Origin: Spirochaetia bacterium
Lineage (GTDB): Bacteria; Spirochaetota; Spirochaetia; SP-2023
DNA length: 54,531 nt
Direction: 5' to 3'
Assembly: GCA_965225855.1 (NCBI GenBank)
Contig: CBDDCK010000003.1
Coordinates: forward strand, 1 to 54,531
A model generated the notes under the pieces. That model was not told the DNA's origin and made no database searches. It saw only the letters and a list, made by a program, of their open reading frames with translations. Positions 28,722 to 38,125 of this stretch are shown piece by piece; positions within the stretch are counted from its first letter, which is position 1; the number at the start of each line of letters is the position of its first letter. Position numbers and translations under genes: made by a program.

Positions 28722-30647
28722 CTACTCAACAACTCCTGCAACTTTAATAGCATTGGTTGAGTCTGCTGAACCACCAATTACAAATCCTGCTGCTACTTCA
28801 AGGTTGTATTCACCATTATTATCACGAAAACCATTCTTAACCAGTATCTTATTGGCTTCCGCTTTTACATTACCGCTTAAAGTAATCGTTAAGCTGTATC
28901 TATTTACCTCAGTACCTTCGGCTCTGTTTTCACCTGCGGTTGCGTGCTGGGGTAATGTGTATCTAGTACCATCACCGGATACAAGCGTCAATTTGCTAAA
29001 GTCCCACTCTGCAACTGTTGGCGGTAAATTGTTACCGATAATCCGTAACAAGCCGTGATTAGCAAAGTAGCGTACGGAGTTGATTCTGATTACATGCCCA
29101 CTAACGGTAATAGGGTTATTGCTTGTGTCTGCTGCGCTACCACCTGCAAATCCTGCTGCTGCTTCCAGGTTGTATGCACCATTATCATCACTTTCACCAT
29201 TATTAACCAATATCTTCTCGGCTTTCTGGTATTCAGTACCCCTTAAAGTAATCGTTAAGCTTGTTGCACTTGCTGCAGAACCTTTGGCAAAGTGTCTAGT
29301 TGAAGCTGGGTCGTGCGGTAATAATGGTTGACTCTTATCACCATTACCTGCGACAAACCTCAATTTGCTAAAGTCCCAGCCTGTAACTGCTTTTGGTAAA
29401 TTAGTACCTGTAATCACTAACGCGCCTGTAGCAACATTGTAGGTTGCACCGGTAATTGCGGGTGGGTGTCCACTAACGGCCAAGGCTTTGGCTGTATTTA
29501 AACCCGCCCAAGTACCAGTGCTAGTAAGCAACCCATCTTTTAGACCATTGCTATCCATACCTGTCTTGCCATTCAGAGTAGTTTTATGTCGATCGGTAAG
29601 GTAAAGCCAAAGTGCTGTGCCATCGCTTTTAATACGGTACTTACCTTCTGCAAGACCACGACTATCTGGCCCAGTGGGTTTAGCATCTGCAATATAGGGA
29701 TTTAAGGCTAGGTCATATACTTTGATGGTTTGGATTTGGGCTTGGGTCGCACTACCTAAGTGAGTACCTGTAATCTCTAACACGCCTGTATTAACATTGT
29801 AGCTTGCACGGGTAATTGCGGGGTTACCACTAACGGTTAAGTCTTTGGCTGTATCTAAACCCGCCCAAGTACCAGTGCTAGTAAGCAACCCATCTTTTAG
29901 ACCATTGCTATCCATACCTGTCTTGCCATTCAGAGTAGTTTTATGTCGATCGGTAAGGTAAAGCCAAAGTGCTGTGCCATCGCTTTTAATACGGTACTTA
30001 CCTTCTGCAAGACCACGACTATCTGGCCCAGTGGGTTTAGCATCTGCAATATAGGGATTTAAGGCTAGGTCATATACTTTGATGGTTTGGATTTGGGCTT
30101 GGGTCGCACTACCTAAGTGAGTACCTGTAATCTCTAACACGCCTGTATTAACATTGTAGCTTGCACCGGTAATTGCGGGGTTACCACTAACGGTTAAGTC
30201 TTTGGCTGTATCTAAACCCGCCCAAGCACCAGTACCAACGCTAATCTTACCGACTTTTCTACCATCCTTATTCATACCTGTCTTGCCATTCAGAGTAGCT
30301 TTATGTCGATCGGTAAGGTAAAGCCAAATCGCTGTGCCATCTCTTTTAATGCGGTACTTACCTTTTGCAAGACTACGACTATCTGGCCCAGTCGGTTTAG
30401 GATCTGCAATATAGGGATTTAAGACTAGGTCATATACTTTGATGGTTTGGATTTGTGCTTGGGTCGCACTACCTAAGTGAGTACCTTGTACGGTTAACAG
30501 AGCCGTGCCAACATCGTACATGGCGTTATTGATAGTCGGCTTAGTCGGCCCAGAAGATGGCTTATCGTCATCGGGTGGTGCGCAGGCCAAGGCCATAAAG
30601 GCCAGTAGCAATGCTAATGGCAATAAAAGTAGTTTGAGCTTATACAT
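28722..30647 (-). CDS. Surface lipoprotein paralog 2 (A-A-A-B-B, no acidic linker)
   Basis: ATG 30647 with GGAGGT RBS; lipobox MALA-C; near-perfect 357-bp internal repeat. Confidence 0.9.
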   Translation of the reverse strand: MYKLKLLLLPLALLLAFMALACAPPDDDKPSSGPTKPTINNAMYDVGTALLTVQGTHLGSATQAQIQTIKVYDLVLNPYIADPKPTGPDSRSLAKGKYRIKRDGTAIWLYLTDRHKATLNGKTGMNKDGRKVGKISVGTGAWAGLDTAKDLTVSGNPAITGASYNVNTGVLEITGTHLGSATQAQIQTIKVYDLALNPYIADAKPTGPDSRGLAEGKYRIKSDGTALWLYLTDRHKTTLNGKTGMDSNGLKDGLLTSTGTWAGLDTAKDLTVSGNPAITRASYNVNTGVLEITGTHLGSATQAQIQTIKVYDLALNPYIADAKPTGPDSRGLAEGKYRIKSDGTALWLYLTDRHKTTLNGKTGMDSNGLKDGLLTSTGTWAGLNTAKALAVSGHPPAITGATYNVATGALVITGTNLPKAVTGWDFSKLRFVAGNGDKSQPLLPHDPASTRHFAKGSAASATSLTITLRGTEYQKAEKILVNNGESDDNGAYNLEAAAGFAGGSAADTSNNPITVSGHVIRINSVRYFANHGLLRIIGNNLPPTVAEWDFSKLTLVSGDGTRYTLPQHATAGENRAEGTEVNRYSLTITLSGNVKAEANKILVKNGFRDNNGEYNLEVAAGFVIGGSADSTNAIKVAGVVE

Positions 30648-30864
30648 AAGCAATACCTCCAAAAATGGGTAAAGATTAACCAACCCATAACATACTAGTG
30701 TATAGTGTAATATCGTGTTAGGGGGGAGGAAAGTCAAGGCCCATATAAGCTTTTTGTAAGCTTTTTGCAAGTTTTTGTGTGTTGGCACTTTTTTTGTGTC
30801 TTAGTGTTGTTTTTTAGTGTTGTAAGGTGGTTAAAAATCAATGCCAATCAAAAGGCTTGAGGGT
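30648..30864 (-). promoter_or_regulatory. Conserved 5' module (copy 2)
   Basis: TTGACT followed by TTCCT-C6, A-tracts, shared end ATGCCAATCAAAAGGCTTGAGGGT on the + strand. Confidence 0.75.
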
Positions 30865-30899
30865 ATGCGATAGCAGGCGCAACGCCAACCATGCCAACC

Positions 30900-31125
30900 G
30901 TGCCAACCGTTGGGTGGTATGAATATATCGCAGTTGGGTTAATCGGTCCGCAATATATAGCCAGATATTGTGCAAGTCGTCTAAAATGTCAGCATTGACG
31001 CTGTGGGCTAAAGTTGAAAGCATGGACATACTGGCCCTATTTGAGGTCGTCCCAGTTTTGGCTTTTTACGATGTTGTTGGGTTTTAGGAAGTCTATGGCC
31101 TGCTTATTTTTATGGTTTTTAGTGC
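30900..31125 (-). pseudogene. Possible ParE/RelE toxin fragment preceded by an antitoxin-like fragment
   Basis: ORF from 31029 contains ADILDDLHNIWLYIADR, resembling the ParE A..DL..IW.YIA motif, then degenerates at 9-bp repeats; an upstream short frame ends ..SQNWDDLK*. Confidence 0.35.
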
Positions 31126-31142
31126 CTTGCTATGATACATCT

Positions 31143-31178
31143 CTCCGCCTTGGATCAAGGCCTTGATCCAAGGCGGAG
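31143..31178. repeat. Perfect 36-bp palindrome with no spacer
   Basis: CTCCGCCTTGGATCAAGG|CCTTGATCCAAGGCGGAG. Confidence 0.95.
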
Positions 31179-31405
31179 TAAGGCATTACTCCAATGCGGA
31201 ACAATACTTTATACCAATGCGGAAAGCTATATTGTAGCAAGACAGGCGATGACTTGTAGATTCGCATCGGCAAACCAATTGCCCAATTGCGTTTGTATGG
31301 CTATTTCGGTTTGTTGCTTTGGGCTTGTTGGTTTGGGGGGTGGGGGTGCTTGGTTGGCCTTTGGTTGTGAAGGCTTGGTGTTTCTAATTATTGGCTGGGC
31401 TATAA

Positions 31406-32650
31406 TTAATTGGCTTCATTGAGCTGCAGCATGTACCATTCCAAAGCCCTGCCGTAGGGAACATTGCAACGCATTTTAGCTCCAATGATCCGCTCCAGCT
31501 CTTGGGGTTCTATGGCTCCTTTGGGGAACGGGCGCAGCACCGCCACATCTTCAGCCCGCAAATATTCCCCTGCCTTTATATCGCGTAGCATAAAGATAGA
31601 ACGCCCAAAACGCCGAGAAGCCTGCTTTTTTTCTGTAAGGCGGTAGTCGACCTGCCCAAGTGCGGCCTCAGCAATGCGGACTTCTTGAATCAGCGTTGCC
31701 AGCTCGTCAGGTTCCAGCGAAAAACTAGAATCAGGCCCCCCTAAATCACGCGATAGCGTTACATGCTTTTCGATCAATTCTGCGCCCAAAGCCACCGCCA
31801 TTATTGCCACCGCCCAACCCATACTGTGGTCGCTAAGCCCAACCCGGCAACCAAAAGTTGCTTTTAAATGGGGTAGCATAGCCAAATTAGCCTCCACTGG
31901 GGAAGCAGGGTAGGCCGAGGTGCATTGCAATAGCGTAATATCGCTATTGCCTTGTTGTTGGCAAGTATCCAACAAACGTTCTATATCTTGGAAGCTGGCA
32001 ATACCGATTGAGGCGATAATGGGCTTGCCCGTAGAGGCAATGCGGCGCACCAGCTCCAGATGGCCAATCTCAAAGGAAGCGATTTTATAGCGGGGGGTGG
32101 CTAGCTGTTCCAGAAAATCGACCCCACGCAAGCAAAACGGTGTGGAAAAGATTTTCATACCAAGCTGGGCAGCTAGTTTGTAAAGAGGTTTATGCCAGGC
32201 CCAAGGCATGGCCGCTTCTTGATATAGGGAATAAAAGGAGCGCCCATCCCAAGGTGTAGCAGAGCTTGACGGGCTTGAAGAACGATCGCCTCCAATGATA
32301 AACGGCGGTTGGTCAAGGGGCAAAGTCAAACTTTGGGCATCATACGATTGCAACTTAACCGCATCGGCACCGGCCTGCGCTATAGCGCGCAAGGTTTGAA
32401 AAGCCAAGTCGAGATTTTGCTTGTGATTGGCCGACAGCTCGGCAACTATTTCCACTTTGTTTCTCTGTGCGTTTGCCTCACGCGTTTCCTTTAATTGTGG
32501 TGCATGTTTTTCACTGGCTGGTAGCTCCTCGGAATGTTGAAACGGTTCTACAATGTGATGATTGGCATTAGGTTCTGCTACCGCTTCTTGAGTTACTTGA
32601 GCTTCTTGAATCGGCCGCCTGTGCTGCCGCAAATTTTGGTAACCTTCCAT
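31406..32650 (-). CDS. pseI: Pseudaminic acid synthase (NeuB family)
   Basis: AELSANH, GADAVKLQ, FSTPF, KIASFE, CTSAYP, GLSDH, IEKHVTL, C-terminal SAF domain; last gene of the pse cluster. Confidence 0.88.
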   Translation of the reverse strand: MEGYQNLRQHRRPIQEAQVTQEAVAEPNANHHIVEPFQHSEELPASEKHAPQLKETREANAQRNKVEIVAELSANHKQNLDLAFQTLRAIAQAGADAVKLQSYDAQSLTLPLDQPPFIIGGDRSSSPSSSATPWDGRSFYSLYQEAAMPWAWHKPLYKLAAQLGMKIFSTPFCLRGVDFLEQLATPRYKIASFEIGHLELVRRIASTGKPIIASIGIASFQDIERLLDTCQQQGNSDITLLQCTSAYPASPVEANLAMLPHLKATFGCRVGLSDHSMGWAVAIMAVALGAELIEKHVTLSRDLGGPDSSFSLEPDELATLIQEVRIAEAALGQVDYRLTEKKQASRRFGRSIFMLRDIKAGEYLRAEDVAVLRPFPKGAIEPQELERIIGAKMRCNVPYGRALEWYMLQLNEAN

Positions 32651-32692
32651 AGTACTCCTCCTTTATTCCTTAATTACAGACTACAACAGATG

Positions 32693-33409
32693 TTAGCAAG
32701 ACGAATGAAGCGAAGCTGTTTCGCGCTTGAGCTCGGCAAAGTCAGAAAACATAGGGTCTTGCAATAGCTTTTTGCTACTAGGCAAATAACGCTGGAAATT
32801 CAATACCTCTCCAACCGTTTCTTGCGGTAAAAAGCCCAGTTGACGTGCCAATTTTTGCATGGCAATATTTTGAATATAGCATTCCATAAAAACTTCCCGC
32901 AGTCCCAATTCACTTGCTCGAAGCATTGCGGCAAACAACAAAGCCCGCCCCATTTTAATATGGGGATAGTGATAGAAATTTTTATACAGGCCCAATAATG
33001 GCCGAGCCGCAATGCGCATATCCACATTGACAATCCCGATAATTGGGCGCAAAATTTTCAGATTGCCAACATCGACATCGGTTGGCGATTGTTCTGCTTT
33101 GAGCATGCGAATCGCATCGCAAAATAAGGCACAACAATCAAATTTGGGCTGGCGGCGTTGCAGCTCCCGCAGATAATCTTGGTGGGCCGCATAACTAATA
33201 AGACCGCGGTTGTGGGACATGGCAGAAACTTTTGGGTGGTTGCGCAAAATCAAGATGCGATCTTGCAAGTCTTCTGACAATTCTTTTAAGGGCAGTAAAT
33301 GGGAATGCTGCCAAATACGCAGCGCCGTGGCTACTATAGGAAGGGGGCTTTTCGGTGCTTTATCCCCCAAACTTTTACTCGAATTGTTTTGTTTGCGGAT
33401 TTTATTCAT
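32693..33409 (-). CDS. pseH: GNAT N-acetyltransferase, PseH-like
   Basis: ILRNHPKV, LGLYKN, N..MQKLARQLGF (GNAT motif B); position in the pse cluster. Confidence 0.65.
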   Translation of the reverse strand: MNKIRKQNNSSKSLGDKAPKSPLPIVATALRIWQHSHLLPLKELSEDLQDRILILRNHPKVSAMSHNRGLISYAAHQDYLRELQRRQPKFDCCALFCDAIRMLKAEQSPTDVDVGNLKILRPIIGIVNVDMRIAARPLLGLYKNFYHYPHIKMGRALLFAAMLRASELGLREVFMECYIQNIAMQKLARQLGFLPQETVGEVLNFQRYLPSSKKLLQDPMFSDFAELKRETASLHSSC

Positions 33410-33427
33410 GAGAGCAACTCCAGCAGT

Positions 33428-34567
33428 TTATTGAAAGCCTATTTTTTGTAAAATTCGATGTATGGCAAGGCCATCGCCCAGATATGGTGATGAAATTTTT
33501 GCCAGACTATCGGGGTTTGTCTTGGTTTGCAAAGCGCGGGCCCAAATTTCTAAAGTTCCCAAAGTTTCAGCCGTTACATTTTTTGTTAGGGCTAATGCGT
33601 TCCGTAAATCGATATAGGGTAGCGCGTACTGCTTTAGCAATGGCAATTGATTTTCCGCAGTGAGCAAGGCTGAACCGACAAACGGACGGCATACGGCTAA
33701 AGCCTCTAAAAAGCTTTGGCTAGCTGCACAAAAAATTGCTTGGGCCCTCGCATATAAAATATTTAGTTCACCAGCGTTTAAATTGGCAAAAAATGCTACT
33801 CGGGTTTTGCCAGCTTCTCTGTATTGCCGCTTTGGGTTGTGCTGTGGTGAAAGCAATACCACTAATTTTTTTGTCTGCACTTGTTGTAACAGTCCTGCCA
33901 CGGCTAAATCGAGCTGCTCCGATGAAAAGGCACTGCCGGGAACCAGTAAGTAATACGCTTGCATGGCACAAATCTGCTGGCAATTTCCTAGAATATTTCT
34001 TGTTTTTGGTGAATAGTTTTGAAAATAATTCCGACAAAATTCTGGCTGCAATATCTGATACTCCAAACCAGATAAATAGCGTGTTTGCTTTACGTTAGAC
34101 TGTAAAGTTGCTTGCAAGACAAAAAACTCTTTTGGATAAGCATGGGTGCCGGTTGGAGGGAAGCGGTCAAAATCATCTAAAGCCAAGTAGCGGCAAGCGG
34201 GAAAATCTCGGACACAAAATTGATAAAAGGCTAATGGCAATTGGTAAGAATCAATTACAAGTAAGTCAATTTTTGGTTCTTGTTTTTGGCAAAATGCCAA
34301 TGCCGGGCCCGGTAGCTGCGACAAACTGGATAGATTCTGCAATTGTGCCAAGCTCAAACAATGGAGAAAGTGCCATGATTTTGCCTCTACCAAAGATGTT
34401 TCCAAAGATTTTTTGGAAATACTCAATTCCAGTAGACGCACATTCCAGCCCAAAATTTTTAAATGGGCAGCAAAGGCTCGGCAGCGGAACAAATGCCCTT
34501 GGCCTATATTCGTGCTTATCGCACTTTCGGCCCAGCCAGAATCACAAAGCAATAACGCTTGTTTCAC
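33428..34567 (-). CDS. pseG: UDP-sugar hydrolase, PseG/SpsG-like
   Basis: IGQGHLFRC, LVIDSY, LDD, AENQ; GTG start with GGAGG RBS. Confidence 0.7.
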   Translation of the reverse strand: MKQALLLCDSGWAESAISTNIGQGHLFRCRAFAAHLKILGWNVRLLELSISKKSLETSLVEAKSWHFLHCLSLAQLQNLSSLSQLPGPALAFCQKQEPKIDLLVIDSYQLPLAFYQFCVRDFPACRYLALDDFDRFPPTGTHAYPKEFFVLQATLQSNVKQTRYLSGLEYQILQPEFCRNYFQNYSPKTRNILGNCQQICAMQAYYLLVPGSAFSSEQLDLAVAGLLQQVQTKKLVVLLSPQHNPKRQYREAGKTRVAFFANLNAGELNILYARAQAIFCAASQSFLEALAVCRPFVGSALLTAENQLPLLKQYALPYIDLRNALALTKNVTAETLGTLEIWARALQTKTNPDSLAKISSPYLGDGLAIHRILQKIGFQ

Positions 34568-34599
34568 AACCGCCTCCCAATTTATTTTGATCTAGCTTG

Positions 34600-35958
34600 T
34601 TATTCTGTTTTTGAGCCTGCTAGGGCAAGAATTGAGTCAATCACCCGCTGTTGTTCTTTGCGTTTCAGGCTTGGATAAAGCGGTAAAGATAAGGCTGCAC
34701 GATAATAATTTTGGCTATTTTCTAAGGCCGTCATATCATAGCCCAGCTTGCGGTAAAACGGCTGCATCGGCACGGGGATATAATGTACTTGGGTGCCAAT
34801 TCCCTTAGCGCAGAGCTCATACATAACAGCATTGCGGCTGCGACCTAAAAATGGGAAGTCTATTTGTACTACATACAAATGCGGGCAAGTATAGTCGCTG
34901 ATTCTTGGCGTTTTTAGCCAAACTAATTTTTGAAAAGCTTGGTTGTAATGGTAAACCAATTCTCGGCGTTTCGTTACAAAATGGTCTAATCGGCGCAACT
35001 GCTGGCAGCCTAGCGCGGCGTGAATATCGCTAAGCCGAGCGTTATGCCCCAAGCTGTGCATTTCGTAGTACCACAATGGTGGCTCTTCGGCTTTTGCTAA
35101 ATCCATATTGCTGCAATTCTCGCGGGTGTTTTGCCATTGTGTTGGGTCGCGGCTAATGCCGTGGCTGCGTAGCTGTAATAGTAATTGATAAAGCTCTGGA
35201 TCGCGGCAAGTGATTGCGCCACCTTCAGCGGTTGTTACCGTTTTAACGGGGTGGAAGGAAAAGCAACAAACATCGCTGTATGCGCATGAACCTACTTTTT
35301 GACCGTCCGCATAACGGGAACCCATTGCGTGGGCTGCATCTTCGATAATAGGCAGCCGCAGAATAGCTGCAGCTTGCTTAGTTTGCTGCTTAGTTTTTTC
35401 CTTAGTACTTTGTTCCAGACTTTTCTCTAAGCAGGCATATTTTTTAGCTAGTTGCCACAGCTTTACCATGTCCACTGGCTCGCCGGCAAAGTGCACCGGC
35501 AGGAGCAGCTGAATTGCCCCACCACTGCAATTACCGTTGTCATGATGCTCATGATTATGGCCGTTGTATTTGTGCAATAACCATTCTAGTTCATCGAGAT
35601 TAAGGTTGTAAGTATTCGGTGAAATATCGCAAAATAGCGGGCGGAATTGGTTGTACAGCAAGGCATTGCTACTAGCCAAAAAAGTGTTAGGGGTGGTTAG
35701 GGCTAGGGCTTGCTCTTGGAGTTTGCCTAGCAATTTTATGGATCGCACGGCTAAGTCCAATGCCACTGTTCCGTTGGCCACCGCCACAGCATAGGGAGCT
35801 TCGGTTGTTTCCTTTAGAGCTTGTTCAAAATCTTGGACGCACGGGCCTTGGGTTAAATAAGTGCTTTTCAAAACATGGCGCACAGCTCGGTATTCTGGGC
35901 TGGCCAAAAACTGCCGGCCATAGGGAAGAAAAGCTTTAGATTTCTTAGATCCGAACAT
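34600..35958 (-). CDS. pseC: PLP-dependent UDP-sugar aminotransferase
   Basis: LPYGRQ, LTQGP, IEDAAHAMG, FSFHPVKTVTTAEGG, LRSHGI, QVHYIP, LSLPLYP. Confidence 0.9.
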   Translation of the reverse strand: MFGSKKSKAFLPYGRQFLASPEYRAVRHVLKSTYLTQGPCVQDFEQALKETTEAPYAVAVANGTVALDLAVRSIKLLGKLQEQALALTTPNTFLASSNALLYNQFRPLFCDISPNTYNLNLDELEWLLHKYNGHNHEHHDNGNCSGGAIQLLLPVHFAGEPVDMVKLWQLAKKYACLEKSLEQSTKEKTKQQTKQAAAILRLPIIEDAAHAMGSRYADGQKVGSCAYSDVCCFSFHPVKTVTTAEGGAITCRDPELYQLLLQLRSHGISRDPTQWQNTRENCSNMDLAKAEEPPLWYYEMHSLGHNARLSDIHAALGCQQLRRLDHFVTKRRELVYHYNQAFQKLVWLKTPRISDYTCPHLYVVQIDFPFLGRSRNAVMYELCAKGIGTQVHYIPVPMQPFYRKLGYDMTALENSQNYYRAALSLPLYPSLKRKEQQRVIDSILALAGSKTE

Positions 35959-35977
35959 TGGTATCTATACTTGCTAG

Positions 35978-37012
35978 CTAATCATTTTCTATCAGATCTG
36001 CATCGGCTATCATGGCTAAACGCTCTCGAATTTGATATACAGAAAGCCATTGGCTATTGCGTTCGGACGAATAGCAAAAACCTTCAGCTACTTTGGTACC
36101 GTGAATTTTACGCGGCGTGCTCCACCAATTGTGCGCTGGGTACACAACATAATTTTTATCACATTCATAAGTATAGGGAGCATCATCTTCGGTAATCATG
36201 ACCTCGTGTAATTTTTCGCCTTCGCGAATGCCGACAATTTTGATACTGCCCCCTTGGTTTTTAGGGCTCATCGCTTCGGCTAAGTCTGTCATTTTCAATG
36301 AAGGGATTTTAGCGATATACGTTTCACCGCCTTCTGCTTGGGCTAAGGCCTCTAGTACCAACTCAACTGCTTCTTCAATAGAAATCCAAAAACGTGTCAT
36401 ACGAGTATCGGTAATAGGCAGGCATTTTTGGCCTTCGGTAAGCAGTTTGCTAAACAGTGGCAAGACAGAACCCCGGCTGCCAAAAACGTTACCGTAGCGC
36501 ACCACGGCAAAACGTGTAGAGCGGACTGCTCCAACATAAGAATTAGCCGCAATGAATAGGCGGTCAGAAACCATTTTTGTTGCTCCATATAGGTTTACTG
36601 GATTAACCGCTTTGTCGGTAGATAACGCTACTACTTTCTCAATGCCTTGGTCGAGAGCCGCTTCAATTACATTTTGAGCCCCGTGAATATTGTTTTTAAC
36701 GGCTTCGCAGGGGTTGTATTCGCAGGCGGGCACTTGTTTCATCGCGGCGGCGTGCACAATGTAATCGACCCCACTTTCAAGAGCGCGAGCTAAACGTTCT
36801 TTGTCTCGAACATCGCCAATAAAAAAGCGCAATTTGTCAAAATGTTGGGGCATTTCGCTGCGGAAATGCTGACTCATGTGGAACTGTTTGTATTCGTCCC
36901 GAGAGTAAATAACGATTTTTGCTGGGTTGTAGCCGTTGAGAATATACTTGGCAAAAAATTTGCCGAAAGTTCCCGTTCCTCCGGTGAGCAATATGGTTTT
37001 CTCATCCAACAT
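35978..37012 (-). CDS. pseB: UDP-GlcNAc 4,6-dehydratase (inverting)
   Basis: TGGTGTFG, SRDEYKQ, HAAAMKQVPACEYNP, STDKAVNPVNLYGATK, RYGNVFGSRGSV. True start ATG 37012; the longer ORF-track start runs through the tRNA. Confidence 0.93.
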   Translation of the reverse strand: MLDEKTILLTGGTGTFGKFFAKYILNGYNPAKIVIYSRDEYKQFHMSQHFRSEMPQHFDKLRFFIGDVRDKERLARALESGVDYIVHAAAMKQVPACEYNPCEAVKNNIHGAQNVIEAALDQGIEKVVALSTDKAVNPVNLYGATKMVSDRLFIAANSYVGAVRSTRFAVVRYGNVFGSRGSVLPLFSKLLTEGQKCLPITDTRMTRFWISIEEAVELVLEALAQAEGGETYIAKIPSLKMTDLAEAMSPKNQGGSIKIVGIREGEKLHEVMITEDDAPYTYECDKNYVVYPAHNWWSTPRKIHGTKVAEGFCYSSERNSQWLSVYQIRERLAMIADADLIEND

Positions 37013-37089
37013 TTGAGCTTTCCTCGTTGTATAAAAAATAAGCCCCACCGAAATAAACGATGGGACAAAATAGAAGTGCACTAAGGCGA

Positions 37090-37162
37090 TGGGCCTGACA
37101 AGATTTGAACTTGTGACCTCACGGTTATCAGCCGTGCGCTCTAACCACTGAGCTACAGGCCC
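37090..37162 (-). tRNA. tRNA-Ile(GAT)
   Basis: GGGCCTGTAGCTCAGTGGTTAGAGCGCACGGCT-GAT-AACCGTGAGGTCACAAGTTCAAATCTTGTCAGGCCCA folds as a cloverleaf; CCA not encoded. Confidence 0.97.
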
Positions 37163-37282
37163 TAGATTCTGACAAAAGGATAAGGATTTTATATATGTTG
37201 TCAAGTATTAACGCATTTTATTTGAAAATGAATTTTAAGATTTTATCTTCTACCATCAAAGAGATTTCCCAATAGTTATCCA

Positions 37283-37942
37283 CAAAAAAGTCAAGCAAGG
37301 CTTGGGCTTACATCAATTTAAGCAAGCCCAAGATACCGATAACTAGGCCAATGCCTGTTCCTATAAACCATTGCAACATCAAAAACCTTTTATCCACTTG
37401 TTCAAAGTGCTTGTCGATACTTTGTTGCATAGCTTCAAAGCGCTTGTCGATACTTTGTTGCATACCTTCAAAACGCTTGTCGACTTGCTCAAAGCGCTTG
37501 TCCATTTGCTGCATAAAGGTTTTAAGCACTTCTTGGTTTTGTTGCAGCAGCTCTCTTTGGTGCTTGAGCTCTTCTTCCACACGCACCATGCGTTCCAGTA
37601 GTTCGGGCCCATAATTGGGCCTTTCGACTTTGGCGGGTGCTGGCAATGGTTGCTGCGCCAATTGGTCTTGTAGTTGGCGCTGCACTTCCTTAGCTAAATT
37701 TTCTTTTAATAGGTTTTCGATTAGGTCTTGTATCAAGGCTTGGTCATGGTGTTCGGCTAAATTATTCATTAGCCCAATATAGCCTAAAGTGTAAACAAAG
37801 TAAAGAGCTTAGCCGAAACTTTTGCTAAAAAGTCAACGCAATGGTTTGGTTGTACCAAGCCCAAAACAAAAGGGCAAATAAAGTAGTGGATTGTAAAAAC
37901 TAGGCTTGCATAGCTGAAATTATAACACTACCAAGCGGGTAG
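37283..37942 (-). repeat. Inverted-repeat cassette, copy B
   Basis: Reverse complement of 16325-16962 with a few SNPs and a reshuffled repeat block. Confidence 0.93.
37308..37769 (-). CDS. Coiled-coil repeat protein with C-terminal TM anchor (DUF1640/Bdr-like), copy B
   Basis: 153 aa, N- and C-termini near-identical to 16497..16937, with one extra 7-aa repeat. Confidence 0.85.
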   Translation of the reverse strand: MNNLAEHHDQALIQDLIENLLKENLAKEVQRQLQDQLAQQPLPAPAKVERPNYGPELLERMVRVEEELKHQRELLQQNQEVLKTFMQQMDKRFEQVDKRFEGMQQSIDKRFEAMQQSIDKHFEQVDKRFLMLQWFIGTGIGLVIGILGLLKLM

Positions 37943-38125
37943 TACCCACAAACCAAGCTAGTCGTAACCCACTACCAAGAGGGTAGTGGAATATTAGCCA
38001 TAGTTGCCTAACAAAAAGGTAAGCAAAGCTTGGTCTAAAGCCCAAACCTTGCTTACCCACTAAGCCTATTCTCTAAGAGCTAACAATAGGCCAACCAAGC
38101 GTTGCTTATAGCAACAACCAAAACC

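Noticed and set aside
30648..30788. Longer N-termini of the lipoprotein ORFs (also up to 16090, 40219, 48090)
   Set aside because: The shared GGAGGT RBS and signal peptide define the MYK start; upstream starts differ between copies.
37013..37204. N-terminal extension of PseB in the ORF track
   Set aside because: It runs through tRNA-Ile; homology and RBS point to ATG 37012.
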